A program made the translations under genes and the position numbers. A stretch of DNA of 52,121 bases, the filler included, from Thelocarpon superellum (Eukaryota), in the NCBI GenBank assembly GCA_026025795.1. It is 2 parts of 2 records of this genome, joined end to end, with 100 filler letters (N's around TTAATTAATTAA, not from the genome) between each part and the next. Parts side by side here need not be neighbours in the genome. Positions count along the whole stretch, not along the records: positions 1 to 26,068 come from JAPEUG010000259.1; 1 more part is not named here. One strand, given 5' to 3'. Positions 1-11,830 of this stretch are shown here, in pieces. The notes below the pieces were generated by a model. That model was not told where the DNA came from and did no database searches. It saw nothing but the letters and a program-made list of their open reading frames with translations. Position 1 is the first letter of the stretch; every line of letters starts with the position of its first letter.

Positions 1-133
1 AGTCTAGAAATGTTGGTTGTGCGCTCATGGCTAAGCGAGATAAGCGAAGGGGCGGCAGAAGATGTCGGGAAGTCCGAATAGAGAGTTACATCAGAGAGGT
101 CGCACACGTTGTGCCTACCAGGCACATTACTAC

Positions 134-223
134 TGTAGGAATCAGAGCTGAATTGCTAATCTACGCGTAGCCGGGATTGTAATAGGGGTGGGCACGTGAC
201 TTGGTCACGTGCGCGCTCCTACA
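134..223. mobile_element. 90-bp solo-LTR-like/MITE-like element, copy 1
   Basis: Termini TGTAGGA...TCCTACA (7-bp inverted repeat, TG..CA ends); CTAC on both flanks (130-133, 224-227) as a possible 4-bp target-site duplication; first 37 nt identical to 50044-50080; internal GCACGTGAC-TTG-GTCACGTGC hairpin. Confidence 0.6.
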
Positions 224-232
224 CTACGTTGT

Positions 233-256
233 TAGTAGTAGTAGTAGTAGTAGTAG

Positions 257-328
<72 letters not shown>

Positions 329-348
329 TACTACTGCTACTACTACTG

Positions 349-397
<49 letters not shown>

Positions 398-417
398 TAC
401 TACTGCTACTACTACTG

Positions 418-462
<45 letters not shown>
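233..462. repeat. Compound trinucleotide microsatellite: (TAG)8 followed by a long (TAC)n tract
   Basis: Directly visible; occasional TTC/TGC variant units in the TAC tract. Confidence 0.97.
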
Positions 463-641
463 GGAGCAACTGTGGCCGGGCATTTCAGGAGCAAACTACT
501 CACTAGTAATTCTCTGCCACGTTATGAGCAGGGAGGGAGTGAAACAGTCGATTCGTCAGAATCTGTAGTTACGACTTCTTCCTACGGATGATGCACAGGG
601 AAAGAAGACAGAGTCCCTTCCAACATCCGACGACCTCAACG

Positions 642-1537
642 TCAAGTCTCCATCATCTGCTGAATGGTCTCGGCATTGACGCGGATGCCTGTCTTGTCCC
701 AGAACCACGTGGCAATTTGAGTCCACTTGTGTTTGTCGTAGTGTGCCACCAGGCGCTGCATGAGTTCAATCTATGATGCGTCGTCAGCGACGACGTAACC
801 GAAGCACGCAGGGGAAGGCAGGACAAGAGGAAACGCCGGCAGGGGACAAGAGACAGGCGAAGTAGAGAGCATTACCTCGTGGTCTCTCCACTCGGTGACC
901 TCCTCAAGGGGAGGCTCCGGGGCTTCGATCGGTATGCCGTCGCCCGGATCGAATGCCACACGAGCCTTGCGACGCTTGCCCTGTCCCGCGCTATTGTCAG
1001 GGCCCGCAGCGTGCGCCCAACTGACCGGCACGGGAGTCGACCCCTTCGTCGCCGCAGTGGATGATCCGGCCGCAGCCACGGTTGCACGCTCTTCATCCTT
1101 GTCAATCACTTGCAGGTCACGGTAACGCTGCTTCAACTCCTTGTGAGAGAAGTCGAGAAATTTGTGTATCTCCTTCCACGTCAAATGTTCGTTGTCTTTC
1201 AGGTGGAGGAGGAGTCCATCTGCCTCATCCGTCCACTTGTTGACTCTCGGTGGTGGCGGTTGAGCCTGGACCTTGGCGGGTGTGGCGACCGGGGCTGCCT
1301 TTTCAGCCGCGGGCGGCGCAGGAGCCGGTTTCGCGACCGGAGGGGGAGCCGGTTTCGGCGCCGCGGCCGGCTGCCGCGGCCGTAAGTAGGGCGCAGCTGG
1401 GATGAGAGCTCGGATGGACTCACAGCGGCTTGAGCGGCCGGTGCTTTTGGCGTCGCTTTCTTCTTCGGTGGTGGCCCCAAGAAAATGGCCTCGAGCCAGG
1501 AAACACGGACCTTCTCCCCATTGATCTTCATCATCAT
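642..1537 (-). CDS. Myb/SANT-like domain protein (3 exons)
   Basis: KWTDEADGLLLHLKDNEHLTWKEIHKFL...ELKQRYRDL resembles a Myb repeat; predicted last exon (770-642) encodes DKHKWTQIATWFWDKTGIR; GT-AG introns at 1423-1371 and ~873-771 join the frames. Confidence 0.65.
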
Positions 1538-1855
1538 GATGGCGCAAGTGAGGAGAATGATGATGGTTGCACAGAGGTTTGCGTACCCGCCGTGTGCCGC
1601 GCGCAAGGGAGTTGACAGCAAGGTGGTGGAGATGCTGTGACAACACCATGGTGCAGAGTTCAAATGGTAACCGTGCCAGCACCACGTTATCTGGCAGCAC
1701 GTAGTCTAGATGGCGGATACCATTGCAAGTGAATGATGAAGCCAGCCGCGTTCTGTCGCGTGGCTTGCATCTTGACGGTCCTCATGGAGAGTGACCTTTG
1801 GAGGACAGCGCTCTACTTGGCTATGATGTGAAGATCTTGGACTCGAGGAGAAGAG

Positions 1856-1882
1856 CAGACGAAACAGACGAAACAGACGAAA
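1856..1882. repeat. (CAGACGAAA)3 tandem repeat
   Basis: Three exact 9-bp copies. Confidence 0.9.
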
Positions 1883-2268
1883 CCGGCAGAGAGAAAATCA
1901 TTGAATGCTGAGATAGAAGGGACGATTGGACCAGATGATCGTCAAGAGGTGAAGCTCGTTGTATGGTGCGAAATACGCGGTACACAATTCTTAGCGGCAC
2001 CAGTATTGGGGGACTGAGACTGGGGGCATAGCGACACGACCCGTCCGGCTACTTCTGCAAAGACTACTCCTTACAGTTTAGCGCGACCAGCCAATGGTCG
2101 ACGTCGCGTGAATCAGCAGCTGGCAGTTGGCAGCTGGCAAGAATCAAACTGCGGTCGTGAGAGCGAACACGGTACAGACAACGACAGCGAATAAGGACGG
2201 CCAGGTCCATCAAGTCTTCGTCCGGTCACCTTTCATCATCGTGCCATCGGTCTGCACGCACGCACAAG

Positions 2269-3026
2269 ATGCATCCACCATTCCCATCACGCCTTTCTAC
2301 GCTCTCGCTCGCCCTCTCTCTCCTCTTCTTCGTGCATGCCCCGTCTGTCATCGCGCACAACATCCAACTGGGCGCACACTCGCGAGAATGTTTCCACGAG
2401 CAATTGCACAAAGGCGACAAGATGAGCGTGACCTACCAAGTGGGCGACCGAGAGTTTGGCGGAAGTGGCAATCTCGAAATTGATTTCTTTGTACGTCCGA
2501 CCCCTTGCTCCCTTCCCTTCCCTTCCTCCCCTACTCACGCATCAATCTGGCTGGTCCAGATCGAAGAGCCCAACGGCAACAAGCAAATCAATGAGATCCG
2601 CGCCTCATCAGGCGACCACTCGTTCGACGCCATCCAAGACGGCACGTACACGTACTGCTTCAGCAATGAGCGATGGGCGGCCGCGACCAAGGAAGTCTCG
2701 TTCAACGTGCACGGGGTCGTGTACGTGCCGGAGTCCGAGGCCTCGTCGGACCCACTGGAAGCGCAGGTGCGCCAGCTGTCGGAGCTGCTGTCGCAGGTCA
2801 AGGACGAGCAGACGTACATTGTCATCCGTGAGCGCACCCATCGTAATACGGCCGAGAGCACCAATGCCCGCGTCAAGTGGTGGAGTATCTTTCAGTTGGG
2901 CGTCTTGATTGGCGAGGGCGTCTTTCAGGTCTGGTGGTTGAAGCGCTTTTTCGAGGTCGGTCGCTGTCTGCTCTCCGTCCATCGTTACTGCCACTGACAT
3001 GATCACAGGTCAAGCGCGTGGTATAA
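2269..3026 (+). CDS. EMP24: p24/emp24/gp25L family COPII cargo receptor (GOLD domain)
   Basis: Signal peptide, RECFHEQL, YTYCFSN, RERTHRNTAESTNARVKWWS, C-terminal TM helix and LKRFFE-VKRVV tail after splicing; introns 2491-2559 and ~2957-3008. Confidence 0.93.
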
Positions 3027-3188
3027 GCAATGGTAGTAATGCCAGAATCTTGAGAGGGTCATCTTTCCCGTCTACACCGCCTGTATTTCTAGCATGAAGA
3101 GCGAAGAGCAAAGGATAGGGAGCGAAAGATCTAAAGTCTACCACTCCCATCAGCTGCAGCAGGAAGGGCAAAGTACCTGCAACGACGC

Positions 3189-5346
3189 TCAATCCGGCCC
3201 TTTCTTCGTAGGACAAGCCTTGCCCAGGGCTGCACTACCACTCCGGATATAGCAGACCTTCTGGCTCACGCAATCCTTCGAGGAGCAGTCCTGCGTCAGG
3301 ACCGAGCTTTTCGTCTCCAGCAAATTGTACGTCTCCACCAGCTCTGGGTGCTGCAGCATCTTCTCCGTGACACCGTGCCAGAAGGATGCATTGAGGGGCG
3401 CCGAGGCGGGCCACGCGCTGTGCGCATCGTACGTTTTGCGCGCGTCGTACTCCAATTTCCACTCGGGCGCGCTGCCCCAGCTGCTTGAGTCTGAGATGTT
3501 GGCGATGTACGTCTCCATGTTGGTGACCTCAAACGTGGCTGCGTCGACTTCGTACAGTCTCCAGCCCGCGTTGAGCCCCGTGAGCGGCGTCACGCTGGGC
3601 CCGATGAAGCCGACGCTCAGGGGCTGGTTGTAGTCGACGTCCGTGGTGTTGCGCGTCGCAGGGCTACCGGTAAGGCTCGAGCTGGCGTAATCGTAGTAGA
3701 TCATGAGCTGGTCTTCGTGCGTGTGCCCCCAGAAGAGGCCGGCGATGGTGGCGGGCGAGAAGCGCCGCACGATGGAGTAGAAAAGCGCGGTGGGATTGGG
3801 AAGCGGGTTGGTGCCATCGTAGCCGGAGAGGACGTGCCCGATGATCCAGACGCGTTGGTCTGCTTGCTCCGATGCCGAGAGCTCGTCGATCAGAAATTGC
3901 AAAACGCCTGAGTTGTCCGGATTCGTGAAATTATAGAAGTTAAACACGTTGTCCTTGTACCAAAAGTCCGTGTTGATGGAAATGATCTTGAGTCCTTGGG
4001 GGGTGGTCATCGCGTAGGCGCCGTAATGCTTCGATGCATATGACGCCGCTGCCCCGTCGACCCATCCGTCCTGCTGCCACAGCGACGAAAGTAGCTCATA
4101 ATTCCATGACATTGCGTTGGCCTTGCCGTCGCCGCGGATGTTGTTCGGGGTATTGTAGGCCACGGGGAGTGAGTCGTGATTACCTAGCGTGGGATAGATG
4201 GGCTTCGGCCATGTTAGCACCCCGGGGCCCGCGTCGGCACTGTCATACGTACGATCTTGCCCAGCCCCGCCTTGAAGGTGGCATACGTCGCGTTTTCCTC
4301 GTACTCGACGTACGCTCGGCTCAGTTGATCGTCGTTGTCATGGCTGACAATATCTCCGGTGAAGATGGAAAAGGCAATCGTGGACATGTTCACCAGCTGA
4401 GGCATTGCGTCAAACACGGACAAGGTCAAATCGGCCGGAGCGTCGCATTCAAAGTATCCAAACCGCGATGCAGGGACCGCCGGGTTCATGGCGTCTGTCT
4501 TGTAATCCTTGTTCGTGCTATACGGTCGACAGCACATGGACTGCGAGCAATTGGCTTCCGACCCGATGTCATACCTGCTCCCAGTCAGTTGTCTCTCTAC
4601 CACATCCCACCGTTTCATCGTACCGAGAGTCGAGATGCCAGTCCGACAGGTGCAGGACGTTGACCGTCTTGCCCGACGGTGGCGGCGCCGTCGTCTTGTT
4701 CGCCGGCTGCGGCCCAAACCATGCGCTTTCGTCGATCTCGATGACCGGAGGCGTATCGCAGACCTTGTAGCGGTAGTGACAGAAGGCGTGCATATCACCC
4801 GTCGCCAGACTCATCTGGGCCAGGAGTTGCGCCCAGTACGGGCCCAGGTGACCCACGCCCCCAAACTCGGACTCGCATGTCGCCGCGGAGATGGAGAACT
4901 TGAACGTGTTGCACGCCCGGATCAGCAGATTCGTCACCGTGGCTACGGGCTGCGTCAGGGCCGCCAGATGCATCACCTCGACCGAGGCCACACACTTTGC
5001 ACATTTCTTCTTAAAGGTCGAGTTCTGCTGGCTGATAGCCACAATGTCCTGGAAGATTAAGTCTTCGATCTGCGCCGTGCTGTCGCGACGTGTCAGCTGG
5101 GACCGCTCCACGTGGGCCGAGGTCAACGACGTACCTGAAGGGTGGCAGAGGCTCCGGCTCCGGCGACGTCTGGTTGTACGGCGGAACAGGACCCGATCCA
5201 TTGTAGTAGAGAGCCGGTCCAGCTCCGTTGGGCACGAGATTCGTCAGCTGCGGATTGAGGGCTTGAGACGAGTTGGTTTGGGAAGACGCGACGTGGGAAA
5301 GCAGACATAGAGACACCAGGCCGTAGATGACGCGTGGAAACACCAT
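3189..5346 (-). CDS. Secreted acid sphingomyelinase / sphingomyelin phosphodiesterase (calcineurin-like metallophosphoesterase)
   Basis: Signal peptide MVFPRVIYGLVSLCLLSHVASS; saposin-like Cys-rich segment (CAKC); metallophosphoesterase motifs HLSDWHLD, FTGDIVSHD, LGNHD, IIGHV, GHTHED spread over exons separated by GT-AG introns. Confidence 0.9.
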
Positions 5347-6302
5347 GATATGCTGCAGGACTTCGACGGTAGATACACTGGAACGGAGTCTTTCCACCTG
5401 CTCGACAACCTGAGCGGCGATGCACCGGTCCATCTTCAACGACACCGCACAGCCCTTCTATATTCTCCAGGTGCAATCAGATCTCATCGCGCCCGGCGGA
5501 ATTCAGCAGCTTCCTGGCTGGGCTTGACGCACGGCGGGCCTCCGCGTCCGAGTGGAGGGAGGGCTCCAGAAGCGACAACGAGATGCGGAGGTCCCCGAAG
5601 CCAATAGGCCATAGGCTTCGGGCCTTGCCTCGTGGGGAGCTACTTCTGGCAGGTGCCGGGGGACAGCCCCGTGCCGAGATTCGGCGAGTTTCTTGGCTAG
5701 ATAGTCGTGCAAGCCAAGACTTCAAGTCGTAGTACGACTTGCGCTTCATGGGCCTTGCTCCGCTGTATCGTACGAATTCCGTCATTTCATACGTTCAGTC
5801 ACAAAGCGTTATCTGTAAACGAATCACGCCCAGCACAGAATCCCCACTTTCGTGGTCCAAGGCGCTGACGCCGGGGTACGAGACAAGTCTAACACCCGAA
5901 TCCATTTGCCCCGGAGTCGAGCGAGGAGGATCCCCAGGTCCGCGTGTGACATTACATGTGCGCCACCGACGAACCGTCTGCTCTCGTTACGTGGTCATCA
6001 ACCTCATTCCGCGCCAGCGTTCCCGTACGGACGTCGCTGGCGGCCATGTCTGCCCACAAGTCTCACGTCAAGAGAGCATTCATGTTCTCGGTCAAGTAAT
6101 ATACACGAAGACTAGTGTCCGGCGAGCTTGGGCAAAATCAACACCCGTCTATAGTCTCTCGTGACCAACCCAATCAGCGGAAAATCGCGGCAAATGCAGA
6201 ATGCAAATCGTGTTTCCGGTGCCATGCAGTCGCCCCGTTTCCTTCCAGGGCCTTCCCAACACCAATCCGATGCTGTCCCAGACTTCAAATGAATGCAGTC
6301 GC

Positions 6303-7856
6303 TCATGCAGACCCCACCGCCGTCACGGCAGGACGGACAGGGGCAAGGGTCGGGGCAGCAAGCACAGGGTCCGCGGTGATCTTGACATCGACCACGGCAG
6401 CATCGTGGGCCCCCTTCCAGATCTCCACCTCGCATCCACCACGGAGCACGGCGATCCGGAGCGTTGACAGGATGTTATGCGCCGCGTTCGAATCTAGAGT
6501 ACTTATCAGCCTCAGGCATATAGAGTTGGCTGGCGCACGTGACTCACGGCTATACACCCCGCCCGTGAACATGGCCGTGGCGTCTTTGCCGATGCCCGAG
6601 CTGATCATGGCTTTCCCGCCAGGGTGCTCATCGAGGAAGGATTGCACGTCATGCACGACGCCGGCGATGACAATCAGGGCCTGTCCCCGCTGGGTCTCGG
6701 TCTGGAAGTCGTCCCACTCCATGACGGGCAACTGCTCCAAGGGAACGCCCCACTGGATGCGTGCCTTCCGCGCGTCGAGCTTCTTCTGCTCCTGTTGGAT
6801 CCGGCCCTTGTCGATCTCGTTCTGTCGGAACTCCTTGAGGTCGTACGCAAGGCCTATCCATTTCCAGCCGGCAATGGCCCACTTGGTCGGGTCGTACTGG
6901 AACCACTCGATGGCATTGCGGTAGTCGGAAGGAAACTCGTGGTGGAAGTTGTGATAGCCTTCACCGAGGGTGACGAGCGCCGTGATGAGATGGTCGCGGG
7001 GCGAATTGCGGTCGTCAAACGGCCGCTCGCCGAGCCAGTGCGCGAGCGAGTTGACACAGAAGGTCGCTTGTTGCACCACGGCCATGCGGAGAATGCCCGC
7101 GTACACGAGCCCACCCCACCAGTCACCCCAGCCCAGACCGCTCACCATCGACGGCACGATCAAGGCCATGACGATGACGATGGCCGAGATGTTTCGATGC
7201 TGCCAGACCACGACGGCGTCGACGTTGAGGTCCGAGATGTCCGTCCGGCCGACGCGCTTCGGGTCTTGTCGCACCAGCAGCCAGCCCAAATGCGAGTAGA
7301 GGAGGCCTTTGCGCACTGAGTAGGGGTCCTTGTCGGTATCGGTGTAGCGGTGGTGGGCCCGATGGTCCCTGGACCACCAGCGAATCGAGCCCTGGACCGC
7401 CCCGGCCCCCACCAACGCCAGGTAGATCTTGAGCGGCGTGGTGGCCGTGTACGACTTGTGTGCCCACAGACGGTGGTAGCCTACCACATCATCAGCGTCA
7501 GCGTCCACAGACCGACGACGAAACGTCCAAGAGCACTTACCAGCCGTGATCCCCGTGCCCGTGATAAAATAGTAAGCCACCGCCCAGACCATCGTCTTCC
7601 ACACGATGGGCGTGTAGAAGGCGGCAATGAAGGCGCCAGCAGGAAAGCCCAGCAGCACCACGACGTTCAGCCAGTTGATGTGCCGGTACCAGTTTGAGGT
7701 CGTCATGGCCGATTGTAGGATGAAGGGGTCGCGGGGCTCCGGTGTCACGGTGTGCTTGGGAGTGGGTAGGGAGCGCACCTCCGGGAAGGAGGCGGCTAGA
7801 CGGAGTTGCGCGGCCATGCCGAGGGACGTCGCGGCAGGTCTTAATGCGCACGGCAC
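6303..7856 (-). CDS. OLE1: Acyl-CoA delta-9 desaturase with fused cytochrome b5 domain
   Basis: His boxes [24 protein letters not shown]; b5 motif HPGG and second heme His (GVYSHSNAA) restored by splicing out 6547-6494; intron 7540-7481. Start codon uncertain (ATG near 7817 is likely). Confidence 0.95.
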   Translation of the reverse strand: MPCALRPAATSLGMAAQLRLAASFPEVRSLPTPKHTVTPEPRDPFILQSAMTTSNWYRHINWLNVVVLLGFPAGAFIAAFYTPIVWKTMVWAVAYYFITGTGITAGKCSWTFRRRSVDADADDVVGYHRLWAHKSYTATTPLKIYLALVGAGAVQGSIRWWSRDHRAHHRYTDTDKDPYSVRKGLLYSHLGWLLVRQDPKRVGRTDISDLNVDAVVVWQHRNISAIVIVMALIVPSMVSGLGWGDWWGGLVYAGILRMAVVQQATFCVNSLAHWLGERPFDDRNSPRDHLITALVTLGEGYHNFHHEFPSDYRNAIEWFQYDPTKWAIAGWKWIGLAYDLKEFRQNEIDKGRIQQEQKKLDARKARIQWGVPLEQLPVMEWDDFQTETQRGQALIVIAGVVHDVQSFLDEHPGGKAMISSGIGKDATAMFTGGVYSRESRAPANSICLRLISTLDSNAAHNILSTLRIAVLRGGCEVEIWKGAHDAAVVDVKITADPVLAAPTLAPVRPAVTAVGSA

Positions 7857-9015
7857 GATCGGATCAGGAGGAGGAGACCGACGTGCAGATGCGGGTGGGT
7901 AGAAGGGTTACGAGGCCGGACCCAGCTCCATTGTTCATGGACGAGGATGAGGAAAGTAGATGGGGATGAGGCTCAGGGACAGGTGGACTGATGGACCGAC
8001 CGACGGACGTGGTCTGCCGGCTGGACGGGCCAAAGCTGATTGCAGACGACGGACGCCAAGATGGAAAGAGCGCGCCCCAAACGTGCCGGGACGTGAAAAT
8101 TGGGTCGTACGGGCGTGCAGGACGCAGGAAATACTACGGTCCCGGGCATGCTAGCTGCGCTCTCTTTTTTCCCTGACCCTACACACGCTACTAAGGGGAA
8201 AGGAGCAAGAACGCAGCCTAGCCGTCAATTAGGTCGAGTAGAGGGCGGATCGGTTCCACGGATCAAGAATGAGCCCAACAGAGTCGATGGGAAGCGAGCA
8301 CGGCGCTGGTCATCGATCCCGATTCCGGGCGCAGCCATCGATCCTCCGCTGGTCACTGTCCGCGCGGCTTGGCACGGCGTGGTGCTTGGCTCCACATGGG
8401 CGTGGCCAAGCCATCGGACGCATCCGGATGGGTAGAGGCAGACGCAGCCGCATACGCTAGGGGACTTGTAGCAGCAAGCACCGATCGTTGGGACGTCGAC
8501 GGCGCTTGGGGGGGCATACGTGAACGTGGCGTGATCGTTGGCCTCAACTGGCGATTGCGCGTGCAGAGCTGCGCTGCCCTCGGGCCTGCAGGATCTCGGC
8601 TGCGGCCGCGGCAGCGTTTGACCTGCTGCATCGGATCCGTCGCTCGGGGGCTCGCTTGGCACTTATCTTCAGGGTCTCACTCACGCTAGGGGAGCGATTG
8701 GTGGGAAGGTCACCTAAACGTGGGTACGAGGGTCCCTTGGCTCGGCGCTATCCAACAGCCGGTGGTGTCCTTGATCTTGTTCTCGCGACCGGTCCCCACA
8801 TCGACAAGTACTTCGACCGGGACCCGTACCGGTACGAGAATGTGTACCAGTCGCCGTATGAGGCACCTCGTACCTCGACCTGTGGGGCACCGAATCCGTC
8901 GCACAGACCAATAGAATTCCGCCACATGCATGACATCAGTCGATCGACATCGCACGTAGAGGATGATACGAGTGGTACAACCCCCGCCTGTGGTTCTCGC
9001 ATTGGATCGGATCTG

Positions 9016-10760
9016 TCAGATTTCCTTAGGGGATACACGGATGTTGACCCGACATGGCAGGCCCCCCGCCATAGGGAGAGTCAAGCTGTTCCGACTCTCA
9101 CGCTCCCCATCGTGCCCCGCCTCGCCGGACGCCAGGTCCTTGCATTCGATGAAGTCGAAATCCCTCACCAGGCTCGCAATGACAAAGACTGATTGGAGCT
9201 CAGCCATCTGCTTCCCCAGGCAGGTGCGCGGTCCGCCGTTGAAGACGGGAAACTCGGATGGTGACTTCACTTTGACTTTCCTCGCGTGGCCAGCGCCGGC
9301 CGCCGCGTCCTCCAGCCAGCGCTCTGGGCTGAATGCGCTCGCGTCCTCGCCCCAGATATGAGCGGATCGGCCCATGGCCCAGGGCGACCAGATCACAATC
9401 GCATGTGCGGGGAGCATCGTCCCATCCGGGAGGGTGGTGGACGCGGCACATTGCTTCATCTCGATGGGCACCGGAGGATAGAGGCGCAGGCTCTCGTAGA
9501 AGACGGCCAAAGTATAGGGTAGGGCATGTGGCTGAACCGTGTCGAACGAGAGCGTTTCGGGCCGATTGTGGAGCTCGGCGCGCAGTTCACTCACGACACG
9601 TGGATGGCGCATTAGCAGGTAGAAGGTCCAGGTCAAGGCCTGCGCCGTGGTATCCCGGCCAGCAGACAGATAGTTCAGCGCGGCGTCGGCGACCACTTCT
9701 GGGTCATCGATTGCCTCTAGCAAGGACTTGATGAGACTACCCCGCAGCGGGTTCGCCGGCTCCGTCAGGTCACTCGTCTCCCCAGTGACCCCTTCTTGGC
9801 GCGCCTTGATGGCCGTTGCCACGACCAATCGGCCATAGCTCTTGACCTCCTTCAACGCGTGGCGCAATGGCGCGCCGAAGAAGATCTCGGAAAATTGCCA
9901 CAGGGGGTTCTGGAATCGTTCGCCAATGGCCCCTGACGCAAAATCGAAGGCGTGAGAAAAAGGGGAGGATGCTCGCATATTCATCTGCGTGTGGGTCACT
10001 GGTCAGTCCTCGCCGTGCAAGCCCTGCAAGTGCCAGATAAGACGCCTGAGACATACATCATAGGCTGCGCGACCCATCAATCGGGTCGTGAACTCCAGAA
10101 AGACTTCTTCCAAATCGAAGACGCTACGTTGGTGCGCCTGACGACGGAGATCGGTCCTGGTGTCGGCCAGGAAGCGTGGGACAAAGACGTCGATGAGCGT
10201 CTTCAGGTTCGTGGTGCTGAAGAAGCGCAGGCCGGCCTTGCGTTGAATCCTCCATTGCGGCCCATCGACGTTGATGATGCCATGACCTGAACGGCGTGAA
10301 TGGTCAGCCGACTATCCTCTACTCCGGAACGCTTCTCTTCACGCACCAAACAAATCCCATGACCGTTGCCGGATGAAGCCTCCTTTATCGAAGAGAGGTT
10401 CATTCTTGAGCACATAGTCCACGTTCTTTGGGTCGTGAATTACCACGGCTGGAGGCAGCGTGGGTACCGTGATCTCATAGGTCTGGAAGCCAAATTGGCT
10501 CTCACATTTCAAGAGCCATCGCAGCAGCTTGTGTCGCGCCCGGAGAAACAAGATGCCGTTGCCAAAGAGCGGAAGGGTGTTGGGAGCATGACTAACGGTC
10601 ACCCACCACCTCGGATCAGCGATACTCCTACAGCTTGGGCGTCGCCGGCCATGGAGCTTGCTTACGGTAGCTTGCGCCCGTTGCGGCGGATGCCACTCGG
10701 CCGGCCACAGTAGAGATAGACGGGGACCAGGACGAGGGCGAGGTAGATCAAGGGATACAT
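9016..10760 (-). CDS. Cytochrome P450, fatty-acid hydroxylase-like
   Basis: N-terminal anchor MYPLIYLALVLVPVYLY; I-helix AGRDTTA, ExxR (ESLRLYPPVP), PERW, heme motif FNGGPRTCLG; C-terminal SLTLPMAGGLPC; several GT-AG introns. Confidence 0.92.
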
Positions 10761-11830
10761 GGATGGAGCGGTCACGCATGAGCCTCAGCCGGATGCCGAG
10801 CTACAAGTAGACCAGCCCCTCCATGCGTGAACATGCTCCCTCCTCAACGATACGAAATACGATGCGGAGTAATACGGGGCCTAGATTTACGGAATACGAG
10901 ATACGACGTGCGGCGTGCGAAATGTGGGAGGCGTGCGACGCCTCCCTCATGTACTACGAGTAGCGGTACGTGACGTGGGTAAAAGCGGACCGTTCCTGGC
11001 CCCGGGGCCCAGCTGTTAGTGATAGCGTCGGCTCAGCCGATCAGATGCGCTTGACCGGATTAGAATGGGACAAGGAACTGGGCCTCGAACAGCGATCCAT
11101 GACGTGAAGTGGCAGCCAGAGACCTCCACCGATCAAGCAGTCTAACCCATCGCGAGAATAACGCTCCATGCTGGCACACAGGGGTGGTTGAGCTTCTTCC
11201 GTTTTGTTGAGGGGGCAAAGGTTGTGACGCGGCTGGAGTTCGGGCGTGTACGGGCGAGAACAGGATTAAAGCGCTGACGTAGGTAGCCACGACGCACGGG
11301 AATCGGCCAAATGCTGTCCTCGTCCGTCCCATCCCAAAACCCTATACTCCAGATGCGTGCTGCACGAGGATCTCCGCCAACGCTCAGGCCCAGCAGCAAT
11401 GACTCCGGACGAGATGGTGGAATCTAGACTACTTCACCAATCTCCTGCCTGACCTGGCCTATCGGAGATGCTACCTCGGCGACGCCCCCATCTGAGTACT
11501 CATGATACAGGAGTAAGATGGTGGTCAGAGCTCTTCAGCTGTGCCCCTGCCCCCCCGTAGCCGCCCCTTCCCCGGTTAGCGGGAGTCTGTCAGCGGGTGA
11601 CGGAGAATAGTGGGATGAGAACTTGGATCCAGCACCTGGTCGCTGGATTGGTGTAAAGCTTGCATTGCGTATAGTAAGTCCCAAAGAAGACCTCCTCGGT
11701 AGAGGGGAGGGGGTAATCGGAGATATCAGGGCCATGGTCATTCTCGTCGGACGCGGTCATCTCCTCCGTGCTTCTGCCCCGCCGTCCGCCCTTCTCTCCT
11801 CCTCTGCTTCCCCCACCTTGTACCACGAGC

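Noticed and set aside
196..591. Poly-Leu/Thr/Ser/Val ORFs
   Set aside because: They are translations of the TAG/TAC microsatellite, not genes.
11474..11699. CCTCGG (FarA/FarB-type fatty-acid response) hexamers in the P450/PKS intergenic region
   Set aside because: A GC-rich hexamer is expected roughly once per kb in DNA of this composition, so two hits are not significant.
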